A DNA stretch of 63,688 nt, counting the filler, from Octopus bimaculoides (Eukaryota): assembly GCF_001194135.2 (NCBI RefSeq). It is 8 parts of 6 records of this genome, joined end to end, with 100 filler letters (N's around TTAATTAATTAA, not from the genome) between each part and the next. Parts side by side here need not be neighbours in the genome. Positions count along the whole stretch, not along the records: positions 24,066 to 29,394 come from NC_068983.1; positions 29,495 to 49,294 come from NC_068987.1; 6 more parts are not named here. One strand, given 5' to 3'. Positions 26,129 through 40,149 of the stretch are shown here, in pieces. The position numbers were made by a program, and so were the translations under genes. Position 1 is the stretch's first letter. Every line of letters begins with the position of its first letter. The notes under the pieces were generated by a model. It searched no databases. It was not told where the DNA came from and was given only the letters and a program-made list of their open reading frames with translations.

Positions 26129-26542
26129 AGGGCATTACTATACAATAACGCCTCACGCCATGAGGGACTCTAAGGTGAGACTACTATAAGGGGTTGGCTT
26201 NNNNNNNNNNNNNNNNNNNNNNNNNNNNNNNNNNNNNNNNNNNNNNNNNNNNNNNNNNNNNNNNNNNNNNNNNNNNNNNNNNNNNNNNNNNNNNNNNNNN
26301 NNNNNNNNNNNNNNNNNNNNNNNNNNNNNNNNNNNNNNNNNNNNNNNNNNNNNNNNNNNNNNNNNNNNNNNNNNNNNNNNNNNNNNNNNNNNNNNNNNNN
26401 NNNNNNNNNNNNNNNNNNNNNNNNNNNNNNNNNNNNNNNNNNNNNNNNNNNNNNNNNNNNNNNNNNNNNNNNNNNNNNNNNNNNNNNNNNNNNNNNNNNN
26501 NNNNNNNNNNNNNNNNNNNNNNNNNNNNNNNNNNNNNNNNGT

Positions 26543-26607
<65 letters not shown>

Positions 26608-27487
26608 TGAGAGAGAGATAGATAGATGCTGATCTATTTAATATTCACTTTCTGAAATAATGTTCGCACAGTAATTTTGAGAAAAAAGAAAAACAATCAT
26701 TCTCTAACTATATTTATCCATTTAATTTTTTCTTCATTCATCCTGCAGCAGTTGGCAATTCTGCGTACATAGAATTAAATAGCTAAGATGCATTGAATCA
26801 TTATTTTATTTTACACATCAATATGTATACTCAAAGACAATAATATATATTCCATGTCTTCCTACATATTCAAGAAGTCTCTATCAACTCATATGGCCTC
26901 AGGTTATTAATGCTGGTTTTGGAGAAAGTGAGAATCAAGAAAATGTAAAATGCTTTTTTTCTGTTGTTATATTTGAACATTAATGTATGTACATTCTCCC
27001 GAAGAGACGAGAATCTAAGCTTTATAATGTACAACTTATGTAAGGCATTTGCAATACTTTAACTCAATGGTTTTGCTTTTAATGGATTAATCAAAGAAAT
27101 ATCGGATGCTTATGGTGATTCTTGGTGGGGACAGTAAGAAGTTATCCTAAAACATGAAACAGGACAGAATTGTGCGGAATATAATGATACTAGTAAAATA
27201 TGAGGCATACGTGATTGGTATCAATCAACACTGGTGTGTGTATATATATATATATCAGCTAAAAACAGGAACATTCACTACAACGCATTTCTTCAACATC
27301 TTTTCAATACATTTATTCATGTGTATTAGACTGATTCGACGCTACGGCAGAAAACAACTGTATATCCTTCTACGCTATGTGATTGCACCTTGAATCATGA
27401 TGTCACAAATTAACAGTTTGGAATCCATAGCGACCTCCTGCGCCTATGTTCTGTAAGTAAAAATGTTTATGTCTCTAGGCAATAATA

Positions 27488-28398
27488 TTGGATCATCCCA
27501 TAAATAATGCGGGTTTTTCAATTGCATGAACTAAAAGTCGGAGGGGGACGGGAAATTACTACCTGTAAAAACAGGTACTAATTTTACCTTGTGCTTATTC
27601 TTAGTGCAAGTTTTGAAGTGTGCAGTTAGAGATTAACAGTTACTTTTTCAAAGCAATAACGGAAGTGACAAAGAAACATATTCGGCATATCGTCCTTTAT
27701 GAGTCCAATAAAGGCAACAACGCAACAGAAAGTGCGAGGAATTTTATTGCAGTATATGTAGATCGAACAATAAGCATAAGCATATGTCATCGGTGGTTCC
27801 AGAAATTCCGAGCTGAAACCTACAACCTACAAGACGAGCCTCGCCCTGGAAGATCTGTAGAGCTCGATGAGTACGTCCTGCAAACCTTGGTGGAACAAAA
27901 TCCTATCGTAACTGTTAGGGACTTGCAGAGAAGCTTGGATTTTATCAGTCATCCACTAGTCATTCAAGTCAGCATTAGAAGAAAAAACACCGTCTTTAGT
28001 TTTAAGACGGAAAGTGTTCTTCCATCAGAATTATGCCCGGCCACATGCAGCAAGGATAGCATTTCGAAGGCTGGAGCAGTTTAAATGGGAAACTATGCCC
28101 CACTCAGCATATTCACCGGACATTACCTAATTGGATTATCATTTATTCTGCAGACTTCAAAATCATTTGGACAGAAAAAATATGAATTCTGTAGACGAGG
28201 TCTGATCAGTACTGGAATGGTATTTTTCATTACGAACAAGAGAATTTTTGAAGAGGGGTCTTGCATGTCTAACAGGTAGATGGAAGAGCATTGTAGAAAA
28301 TGAAGGAGAGTATATTTTAGATTTCAAAAAATTTGTTTATCTTAATTTTGAAAAAGAAATGAAGTATTAAAAACCGCATTATTTATAGGATGACCCAA
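27488..28398 (+). mobile_element. Internally deleted mariner with both TIRs and TA target sites
   Basis: TA|ttggatcatcccataaataatgcgg ... ccgcattatttataggatgacccaa|TA. Transposase pieces KHIRHIVLYE..GRSVELD and HQNYARPH. About 370 bp are missing relative to the 54.9-56.1 kb copy. Confidence 0.92.
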
Positions 28399-28936
28399 TA
28401 TAAATCACAGCTATATAAGGTTTCCTAAAAGTGGGTATTAAAGCTTTTTCTGGCTACTAATTTACGAAAATAAGCAACTAAACAACATAACTACAGATTT
28501 AATTAACTGAGTATAGATTGATTTGAAATATATTATTATACGGGTATCATTATCAATCAACTTAACTATCCATTTATTTTATCATCATATGAGGCTCACT
28601 GATTTAAGGGTCTTACTCTCTATTGCTTGGAGGATGTCATTAATCATTCTTTTGACCATATCATTACCTATTGATTTAAAGATATCAATTTTATTGTTTT
28701 GAAGATATGAATACATGTACTCATATATGCTGATATTATACTGACTTGAAGACATCATTGTATGTTAATTAAAGATATCACTGTCCATTGGTTTTAGGAT
28801 AACACTATTCATTGATTTTCAATATATCACTGATCGTTAATTACAAGTTATTTTTATATATGGATTTGAAGACATCACAATTATATTAATTAATTAATAT
28901 ATATATATATATATAGATAGATAGATAGATTTAGAG

Positions 28937-28980
<44 letters not shown>

Positions 28981-29494
28981 GGAGTGTTTTTGTATTTGGT
29001 TTGAAAAATTCTTATTGTGAATTCGTATGTTGAAACAAATCTTGTCTTGGTTGTGTGGTTACGCCAATAATAACGAAGGCGCTCACTGGTTCAATATCAC
29101 TCTACATTATTACTTGCGTAATAACCTTCTCAAGTTATTGAATCATATTTAATTTTTCAGTTTACATTTTGTACACCGTCCTCTTTATTCTTTGAACTTA
29201 GCAATAATTTTCTACTTTATCTGGGTGTTGCTTATCGCACCTTCTTTCAATGTTCATGTTATTTTTGATAAGAATGTCGCATGCTTTTGTTCTTGTCTCC
29301 GAATGACCAAATATGTCATTTATTTATCCACCAATGAGGTGTTGACCACTCATTCCAACGTTCTACATTTACGTATATATATATATATATATATNNNNNN
29401 NNNNNNNNNNNNNNNNNNNNNNNNNNNNNNNNNNNNNNTTAATTAATTAANNNNNNNNNNNNNNNNNNNNNNNNNNNNNNNNNNNNNNNNNNNN

Positions 29495-29627
29495 TTCAAG
29501 ATATCGTCATTCAGCTCTGGCATTCCGGCAGACACGCTTTCTTGTACAATCTTTTGTAAATACCCTTTGTCTTTCGCTTCAACTGCTTCCTTCAGCTTAC
29601 CTCGTAGGCTATCAGCCGATTTATATC
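29495..29627 (-). CDS. Exon 14, module A2 (partial, runs into gap)
   Basis: tttttcactag|GA TAT...; GYKSADSLRGKLKEAVEAKDKGYLQKIVQESVSAGMPELNDDILK. Confidence 0.8.
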
Positions 29628-31585
29628 CTAGTGAAAAACATTAAACAATGTAAATTGGAAGACATTCTGTCAAACATACATCGATGAAATAGTCAAAGCA
29701 TTATCTTAGATCATTTTAGAAGGAGAGCCACTTATTAGTACGATTACGTTCGTTGCAAATGTAATACACATGTAATTCCATGAACGTTCAATTGAAATAC
29801 TGCCGCAATATTACATATCGTGTAGCCTTTTCGACTGAATCACGTTTACAGAACATTCATACGTTTTGCTTACATAAATTGTCATATGTTAGATATATAT
29901 ACTTTTCTATAGGCAACGATATTTCAAATATCTAACCTCCGCGTCCACCTCCTAAGCTTTCTAGTGCGTCTCTCGCTTTTGACAGATCCCAACTCAATTC
30001 AGGATATGCAACGCCTTCACAGTCTTCAATGATTTGCCTGAGAGCTACTTTGTCTTTCAGTTTTGTCGCTTTTTCTAGCTCATCTCGTAAACTTTCGACG
30101 GTTTTCAAGTCTGGCAAAGGAAGATTATGCACGTTATACTAACTTCGTGTATCAAACACACCAATCATCGGTAAACATAATTATTAATGAAAAGTTTCAA
30201 TAGCCTCATAAAAGAGGCGGTTTCAAATGATGTCTCCATATCATAATAGAAGAATGTATAATATTCTATTAGTTCAATAGGCGTTTGAAAGCAAAATAAA
30301 TGCTATGTACCTTTTGGAGGAGAAATTTTAACGTCTTTCAATAAGTCTCGAGCAACGCTTATGTCTACGTCTAGTTCTGGCATTCCAGCAGCAATGCATT
30401 CGTGAATTACTTTGTCCAATGTATCTTTATCTCCCTGCTTCATAGCAGACTTTAGTTTTCGGCGAAGTGATTCAGGCGTCTTCGTCCCTGACAGAGTATT
30501 TTAACAGCGCAATAAATAAACTTGGAAAAAATTTCTGTATATATCTTTACTGATGTCATGAACACAATACCAAAGTGGAAAAAATAGAAGCAAAAACATC
30601 CGTTTGCAAATATACCCACTTAGATTTTCATGCATAATCACATAGAAACACACAGAAACACACAAGGAACATACGGATAAACACACTCACACACAAACAC
30701 ACAAATACTCTTACACACACACGAACACGCATACAAACACCACGAGAAAACTGGAAGAATGTAACCAGCCCCCTCGTTTTGATGTGTAGTATATATTTGC
30801 ATGTAAGTCAATGTGCAATTTAGTTTAGAGAAAATCTGCACGTAAGTGAAATCAAATATAAGAGTAAGATTGTTTTCTCTGCTCGTATGTATTTGTGGTG
30901 TACATGGATCTGCTTCATTGTATAAAGATATGCCTAACATTTATCGGGGTTGGAATATCCGGAGGCGGGAGCTCCTTCAAGAATTGGTTTCTACGGGGAA
31001 AATAATGATCAAAGGAAGTTGTACCATACAGAGATCACAAATGACCAGAACGTCTAACGATAGGCAGTTCCCAAGAACACGTACTAGCCTCAGTTTTTAC
31101 CGAGGTTCTGGAAACCAAATGTGTATGTATACGAAAGCCCAACTAACCTTTGCCCAATTTCTTAATACCTTCCACTAGCCATCGTCTCTCTGCTGTTATT
31201 AAATGTGAAGAAACATCAAGCAGTATAAATTTAACAATATCCTGTCAAGCACATAGATCATTTGAAACAAGTAACATTTACTAACATAATAAAATCGCAA
31301 CTGAAATATATATGTGGAATAGCTCAAGTTTTAAACATGCATATATGCATACAAGAATCCATCTTCAAAATACAATTCTCGGTGGTAACAATAAATTTTC
31401 GGAAATGTATAGAGAAATTCTTATGATCACTTTTGTAGAAGGTCTTTCATGTTTACAGGATATCTGAATTCGTGTCTAACAGCAGCCTTCGTCGCTTTCT
31501 ATCCAAAGGGTTTTTTAAACACAATATTTATACTATTATTTATAGCTTATATATCTTCTTCAAGATCCAATGTTCCTAAAACAGA

Positions 31586-31618
<33 letters not shown>

Positions 31619-31620
31619 CT

Positions 31621-31660
<40 letters not shown>

Positions 31661-31687
31661 NNNNNNNNNNTGTGTGTGTGTGTGTGT

Positions 31688-31733
<46 letters not shown>

Positions 31734-33426
31734 AGATATACAGACAGACGGACGGACGAGTTGATGGATGGTTGGATGGATGGATGGATGGTTCATTTTA
31801 GTATATGCAATTGCTGAAAATGATTCTACCTCCACGGCCGCCGCCAAGTCTCTCTAATATATCCCGAGCTTTCCGAAGGTCATTACCCAATTCTGCATAT
31901 TCCGCTTTCTCACATTCATGTATGACCTCCTGTATTTTTTTCACATCTTTTCGTTTTCCAGCCATTTCAAGTTGGTCCCGTAAATTATCAGGGGTTCTGA
32001 TGTCTATAAGAATATATATTCAAAAGAAATGTACAGATGCTGAAAATCCGAAACATACTAACATAATTTTAGTCCATTTTAAAATTTACAACAGCTAGGA
32101 ATGACCGTTATTCCTACTACAAACTCTATCAGAGTATCACCTGTTCACCTCTCGCCATGTTTTCAAGAACCGTTTGTTCACTTTTTGTCAAGACTAAGTT
32201 GTTTATTGAAAAGGAACTTTGCTGTCACAGTCATTCTATTTGGAAATAAATACCATCTTACTAGACAATTTCCACAGCATGACCAAAAATAGAATAAGAT
32301 TATATAGCTGCATTGTTTTTCCCGCGAACATTTCCCTTCGTGTTACTACACGAGAAAGAATAAATAACACGACTACCAACGTCATTGTACAAATCTCACC
32401 AAGGAGCAGTTTATTGAAGACAACTTCGAAATTATCAAGAAAAAATTATGAGCTAACTATGGAGCTACAGTATGGTTGGTTGACTGGCTTGAATTAGCAT
32501 TTCAAGCTTTTCAAACCACATTCTGGTGTCTTGAAAAGTGAAGGACACATCGGATAATATAGTCGGCCGAAATACTACTGATCAATCAGAACTTACTCGA
32601 AGTTAATGTACAAGGAACACAGTTTGATGTTTTACATCAGGAGTAAAACACGAATAAATAGCAGGGCAAAAATACAAGGAAGCGATTTGACTCAGTGTAT
32701 ACTACATTGCTTTTTCGCTTTCAAAAATGAAACATTGTTGCTTCCGAAACGTTGATATATACTCTTTTCTATCAGAACTTTATGGCATTCGTACTGTTGC
32801 ACATTGTTTATATTGCATTTATTTATTATCACATTGAAAGAGAACAAAAGCATATTTACTGATATCAAAATTTGAAAGGAAGATATTATTAACCACCATT
32901 ATTAAGCCTGCAAACGGAAGTTCACGTCTTCTTAATAACTACACGAGAAATCACTAAAGCAGTATTATTCAAATTCTGTTTTCCCACTCCCTGTATATCA
33001 ATAAACCAACCCATCTCTCTCTTTCATTATCCCTTTCCTGCATTTGCTCTCTCTCCCTCTTTCTCACACACACTGTCATTGTTACATACTTTGTATGAAA
33101 TAAAATTGTTCTAACCTCCAGTACCACCAGCAAGAATATCCGAAATCCTTCGAGCTTGTTGTATGTCTGAGTCAAGTTCTGGCATACCAGCAGCGACACT
33201 TTGTCGGATAGCTTTAGCCAAAGCATTTTTATCCTTGCTTTCCATAGCACTTCGTAAATTTTCTCGCAGAGAATCAACGGATTTTGTTCCTAATAATGTT
33301 AAATGTTTTTTTTTTACACTTACAACAATAAAGATATATTACTGGACACAATGTCAGTTATTTTTACGGAAAGTTATAACCAATTGAGCTTTTGCCAAAT
33401 AAGTGCTGTTTTGCTGCATGATTAAA

Positions 33427-33479
<53 letters not shown>

Positions 33480-33569
33480 NNNNNNNNNNNNNNNNNNNNN
33501 TGTGTACGTGCGTGCGTGCGTGTGTGTGTGTGCGTGCGTGCGTGTGTGTGTTTGTGTGTTTGTGTTTGC

Positions 33570-33608
<39 letters not shown>

Positions 33609-36600
33609 AGTGACTGATTATAACAATATAATATACCAATATAACGTTGAGTTTTATCATAAATAGCAAAATTAAATGTTGTTAAATGTTTTTCATATCC
33701 AATTAAACTTTGTAAGCTTTCCAGTATATCAAACATTAAATTAGCTAACCTCCAAGACCTCCTCCGAGGCTTTTGAGCGTGTTTCTAGCTTTACGGAGAT
33801 CTGAGCCAAGTTCTGGAAACTCTGCTGCTTCCAATTCTACGATTAGCTTTTCCAATGCATATCTATCCTTCTGCTTTGTGGCCCTTTTCAATCTTCTCCG
33901 AAATGAGTCTGGTGATTTTGATTCTAATGACTTATTTTCTTCAAGTGATTTTAGAACTTCTCTTGCTCTATGAATTCTAGCATCCAGTTCTGGCCTTCCA
34001 ACGCTAATACATTCATTTATAGCATCTTCCAGTCTTTCTTTGTCATTGTCTCTAATTGCTAGATCAATTTTCTCTCGTAAACCATCAACTGAAATAACTC
34101 CTATCGGATAGGAGATGCAACAAAAGTTAAACATTGTCACTTGATTTTCAATTTAATGAAATTTATTCACATTTTTATGGAGGAAATTTCTTTCATTATT
34201 TATATTAAAATTTTCGGGGTAAATGTATAGATTTTAGATGAGTTCTTAACGTTGCTTTCGATTTGATATTGTTTAAACGAAGTAACTGAAGCAGTTCATG
34301 CCATTGAAATATGTTTTGAATGTAATTGTACCAAGAAAAAAATACAGAAAAAGAAACTTATGAAATTAACTTCATCCTTAAAAACAGAACATTGTACAGT
34401 AAAGGACGACATTGATCTTTGGGAGTTTTGTAGTCAACTGAAAAAATGAAAGGTGAAGCAGCACTCTCTCCAAATATTTACTATTCATGCGATACGACTT
34501 TGCATCAATGAGACAGAAATAGACAACAACTATAATTGTTCAGAATGTTCATCAAAAACGTTTGCAAACCTCCATCCCCGCCACCTAAATCTTCTAGGTT
34601 AATACGAGCTCTCCGCAATTCTGAATTCAATTCTGGGTAACCAAGTATTTCACATTCAGCAATGATTTTACTCAGTTCTGGAACATCTTTTTGTTTAATA
34701 GCTTTTGCTAACTGATTGAGTAAAGCAGCTGGACTTTTAACTTCTGCAAGTACAATACATATATTGCGAGCCAAAATATCGAAAAATCCCACAAATAATT
34801 AATTTTAGATTAGTAAATACAATTGTTTCCGATTAAAGTATATATTTCAGTAAACCGACACATTTTTGTATGCAATTATTATTTGTGATAGTTATATTTA
34901 CAATTGCCAGGGTAGAAGACTAATTCTTTGCGAAAATTGAAGTTTGATATCCTTCGTAGATTCAAGATGGAAAGTCTCTGTCTAAAAGGTCAGTCAGTAA
35001 ATATTTAGTGATATAGATAGGAGGGCTGGAGTATCATTGATTCTTTGACGGCAATATATAATATATAACGAATTTTTAACTAGGGATATAAAGAAATATG
35101 TGTCTTATAGTGTTATTCTTTTGATTCTTTCATGCGAAAAAACAAAACGAAAACAAATGTATAAAACATAATGTAAATACAACAAAATTATTAGGAACAA
35201 TTTTCGGGTGAAAATCTAACCTCCACTGCCACCTCCAAGAATATCTGATACACTTCGAGCTTGTTGTATATCGGCTTCTAACTCTGTCATACCGGCAGCT
35301 ACACAATTTCTGATAGTTTTATCCAAATGTCTTTTATCATTTGATTTCATAACAGCTTTCAGATTTTCACGCAACGCGAATGGCGATATACTTCCTATAG
35401 ATCAAATTAAACAATAATGTAAACTAAGTCATTAGAGTACGGATATATTTATAATTCTCTTATCACTGATATTCGAAAGAGATTTAGAAACGATAATACT
35501 ATAATGATAGCAACATTACACTATTGTTTATTCTTAAAACCTAAATTACGAAAATAATACCATATGATGAGGTTTCTAACTTTCAAAATTTTCAAACTAT
35601 ACATGTATTATATTCCAAAACAATATATGAAAGCTTGAAAAAATTAGATTTGTTTTAGTTTTAGAAATACTTTAGAAATAACTTATATATGTAACTCATA
35701 AGAAGAGGGACTTTCTTTGCTAACCTCCTCGACCATACCCTAAACTTTCTAAAGCATCACGAGCGGCACTAAGATCTCTACCCAGTTCTGGATAGAGTGA
35801 TTTCTCACACTCAGATATTAGTTTTTCCAAGGAATACTTGTCTCTTTCTGCAATGGCTTGTGCTATCTCGTCTCGTAGTATCTCAGACGGTTTTGGTTCT
35901 AGAAAAAGAAAATACAAACAAATACAATCTGCAAGTGAAAATAGCGGTTTCCTTCCTCACTATTTTTGGCTGCGTATACGTGTATATATGTGTGTGTGTG
36001 CATAACTACATGTGCGTTTGATGACGCATGCACTGAAAATACACTAGATCTACAGCCAACATTGTTTACGAAGCGTCCTTATGTATATGTGCACTCCTTT
36101 AAAAACCCTGTGTTGGTGCACTCAGTTTCATATATGAACTTGTGTGACAACTCAAAAAATTTAATCATTCAGTATAACTTGCAGTGGAACACAGCAACTT
36201 TTACACTTTAAATGAAAGAACGGCAGCCATACTGAGTTTGCTGCCAGGAAAATTGATAAACGTGGATGTTTTATTAGAGCGCGGAATACTACAATATTTG
36301 CATTGAGAAGTCCCCCCACCCCATATAGACATACGGTGCTAAGAGCACATACATATATCATAGCAGACAAGAACCGTCTGGTATAGTCACCAGAACTACC
36401 AGATCACATGATTTCAGCATACTGCCTTTCTCGGTGGCTTACCTCCTCCCCTAAACCAGTCAAATTTCCCCGCCATCAATATATAGAATAACAGTGACTT
36501 TTCTGTCATTGGTATTGCAAAGAACCAGTAAGCTAATAAAAAAGTATTAGCGATGGAAGCAGTATCAATACTAAAAAGCAGATATATGTTTATGCTATTA

Positions 36601-37590
36601 GGACCGTACATTTATATGAGAGAACCTCTCAAGACGAACGTCACAGCATTCGATGCTCTAATAAAAGATTCGAATTTAGTAGGATATAAAGGCCGCTTTT
36701 CGGTATTAATACAACTTTCATCGTTAATATTTAGTTTTATATAAGAGGGTTGTCTATTGCAACATCAGTGACTTTATAGTTGGCTGCGAGCTTTGGCTGA
36801 TATAAAGGTCACCGAACCACTGGAGAAGCGTAGCACGTTAAAATCACATGATCTGGTAGTTCCGACGCACACACCAGACCGTTCTTGTCTGCTAAAATAT
36901 AGGTCAGTGTTCTTAGTACCATACGTCTATATGAAAGGTCTTCTCAGGGCGAATGCAGTTGTATTCGGCACTCTAATACAGCATCCACGTTTAGTCTAAT
37001 ATAAAGAATACCTTTCGGCATTAATATTGTTTCCGTCATTAATATTTACAAATTGATAAATGTATGCATCTAGGTCCGGTAGAGACATGTATCTGTCATG
37101 TCTTTACGTATATTGCCATATATGTCTGTGACTCATCCGAATTGTTGCCAGAGGTACTGTATCTGTGAATATCCATGTATTTCTATGACTGCATGTCAAA
37201 TATATACGAATGCACCTATGTAAATATATACATAACATATATAATATGAGTGTGCCTAAGTAAATTTCTATGTACACGCCTAAGGAGGTCCAAGATATAT
37301 GTTTATGCGTATGTATAGATACATATATTCTAAAATTTGGACAGACGTAACACAGGAACAAACCTGAAAATTCACACACACAAGACAGGACTTTATAAAT
37401 TACTCGTCATGATATATATATATGTATGTATTTATGAGTTGCGGGAAACTGCTCTTGCAATCCATAAATTAGGAAACTCTAGAGTAGCAAGAGACTACAT
37501 ATGTGTGTGTGTATGTATGTATGTATGTATGTATGTATGTATGTATGTATGCATGTGTGTATGTATGCATGCATGTACGCATGCATGTAC

Positions 37591-37628
<38 letters not shown>

Positions 37629-40103
37629 GGTTCATTGATCATGAAATACAAGCAATTTTTAGGATACGATGTGTTCGATTATATTTCCTACGATCCATAT
37701 GCTAGGAGCAAATGTGTTATCGTTCCATGTTTCTTTCAGTCGTTCCACTACGATATTTTAACAAACTACAAGTGCAGAACAAGTGTAGATAAAGTTTTAG
37801 TCTTATTCAATATACCTTACACGTTATTAGCAATAATTACTGTTACATAAGAAGATACCTTTTAAAGAGATTACATAACCAAATGAACAGAGATTGCATA
37901 ACAATCTTAAAGCTTCAAGTTATATAACAGAAGTGAGATGGTGCTTCGGTAACAACAAATATAACAGTAGTGTAAATATGGGTCGAAGAATTTATTTTGA
38001 TATTAATCTGGTGAAGGTAGAGATTTTTTCACATCATAGTAAAGAGAATTAGTCATTTTTTTCTTTCTCATTAACTCTGTGTTATTAAGTAGAAACAAAG
38101 CTACATATCAGATATCAGGTCACTATAAACCATTGCTACATTTTATTACTCCTATTTGACGTCTTGATTATAATTACCAATCTTCACACATACATCATTC
38201 AATTCAACTATACAATCCTATACAGGTACCATATATGTCAACGAACATAAATATAACTCCTAACATTAACATATACACATTCATTTATGTGATATCTAGT
38301 TAGATGATCCCTATGGAATTACTGGTATCGCATATTTATTCTTTAGTTACAGGTGTTTCAATAATATATAAGTTAAATAAATCAAATCGGAAAATATAAA
38401 TATAGGAAAAGATTATGAATCATTGAATATATAATATTGATTGTATTATTCATTAGGGACGAAAGACTAAATTAACATGTGTAAAACTTAGATGAATTCA
38501 TTTATATATAGAGACAGAAGATTAGATGAGAGGAGGATTCATTTCTTACAGGGAGAGTTTCCTCTAGAAATGCTAATAACAGAAATGGTAATGATGACGA
38601 CTTTTGAGTTTCAGTTGGCAAGATCATGTTAGAAGTTAAATTTGTCAATAAGTTTGTATAACAGACAGTTGTCTGGTCGAGAATGTAAAACAATACTAAG
38701 ATTGTGTATCATAGTACAGGTGGTTAGGACAGCGGACTCGCGGTCGGAGGATCGCGGTTTCGATTCCCAGGCCGGGCATTGTATATGTTTATTGAGCGAA
38801 AATACCTACAAAGCTCCACGAGGCTCCAGCAGGTGTACTCTTTGGCCCCAACTTTCTCTTATTCTTTCTTCCTGCTTCTTGAGTAATGCTGGGGGGTACA
38901 CATACGCCATAGAAACCGGGAAACCAGGTCCACGAGCCTGGCTAGGCTTTAAAAGGGGCGCATAATAAAATCATTGTACAGAGTCTCATAAATTAACTGG
39001 GATGGGCATCTCTAGAGTAGCGTCAAAGAAAACCAAAATGATTAGAGAAAGAACAAAGTTGAAAAGGAGGTGGAAAGAAGAGAGTGAGACAGGAATAAAT
39101 TGAAAGTGTAAGAACAATAGCTAGTCTCGTATGAGGGAATGAGTGTATATAAATAGACTTAAAAGGATGAGAGGCTTTTGTAATTTGCAGTAATAGTGGT
39201 GGTATATGAAGATGTAAAATAGTCTTATAATACTTTATAATTAAATTCATAATTAAAAATAATGGTAAAAGATTAATGGTAAAAAAAAAAACTAATATTA
39301 ACCAGAACAGTAAAAGTGTACATAAATATACATACGTACATCTATACATATATCTGTACAAAAATATAAATATAGAAACACATATATTCCTAGATATAGT
39401 CAGGCATACATCCACAAACACACCAATATATACACGCACATACTTATAGGTATATATATAAGCACAAACATCTGCTCTGACTCCTAGCCATATACCTAAA
39501 TGCGCATGTAAATGAATTTGTAAAGTCATGCAGACGTGTGTATATACATGTATCTCGTAATCAATTAAATATTTCATGAATACAGCATTATGAAATAGTT
39601 GTTAGAAGCACAATAAAAAGAAGTGTAAAACAAAGGATATTTAGAATCGAGAAAATAAGTTGATGCATAAAGTTGAGGTGATAGGACAGTACGACAACCA
39701 CTTGGAGATGTGGTAGAGATGAGTAACGAAATTCATGCAGCATAATTCATATGTGTATATGCATATGCTTGCATTTATTTATTCCAATACTGTTTATGAG
39801 TAAGGTAAACAGAATTTTAAGAATGTTTTATTAATCCGATATCTGCATCTAGTTGTTAGCTCATTATGCTTATCAATGAGATCCGCTGAAAATTTCAGAT
39901 GAATTCAGCAGTATGTTGGAGTTCTTAGATCTAAGAACTCCACCACACTGCTGATCACGAATAAATCGTATTTTATCTCCTGTCTTTCTCATATTCATTT
40001 AATACAGTAGTACCTCGGTTTACGAACGCCTCTGATTACAAATAAATCGTACTTTATATATATATATATATCTAGCTATCTAACTATATATATATAAACA
40101 CAT

Positions 40104-40149
<46 letters not shown>

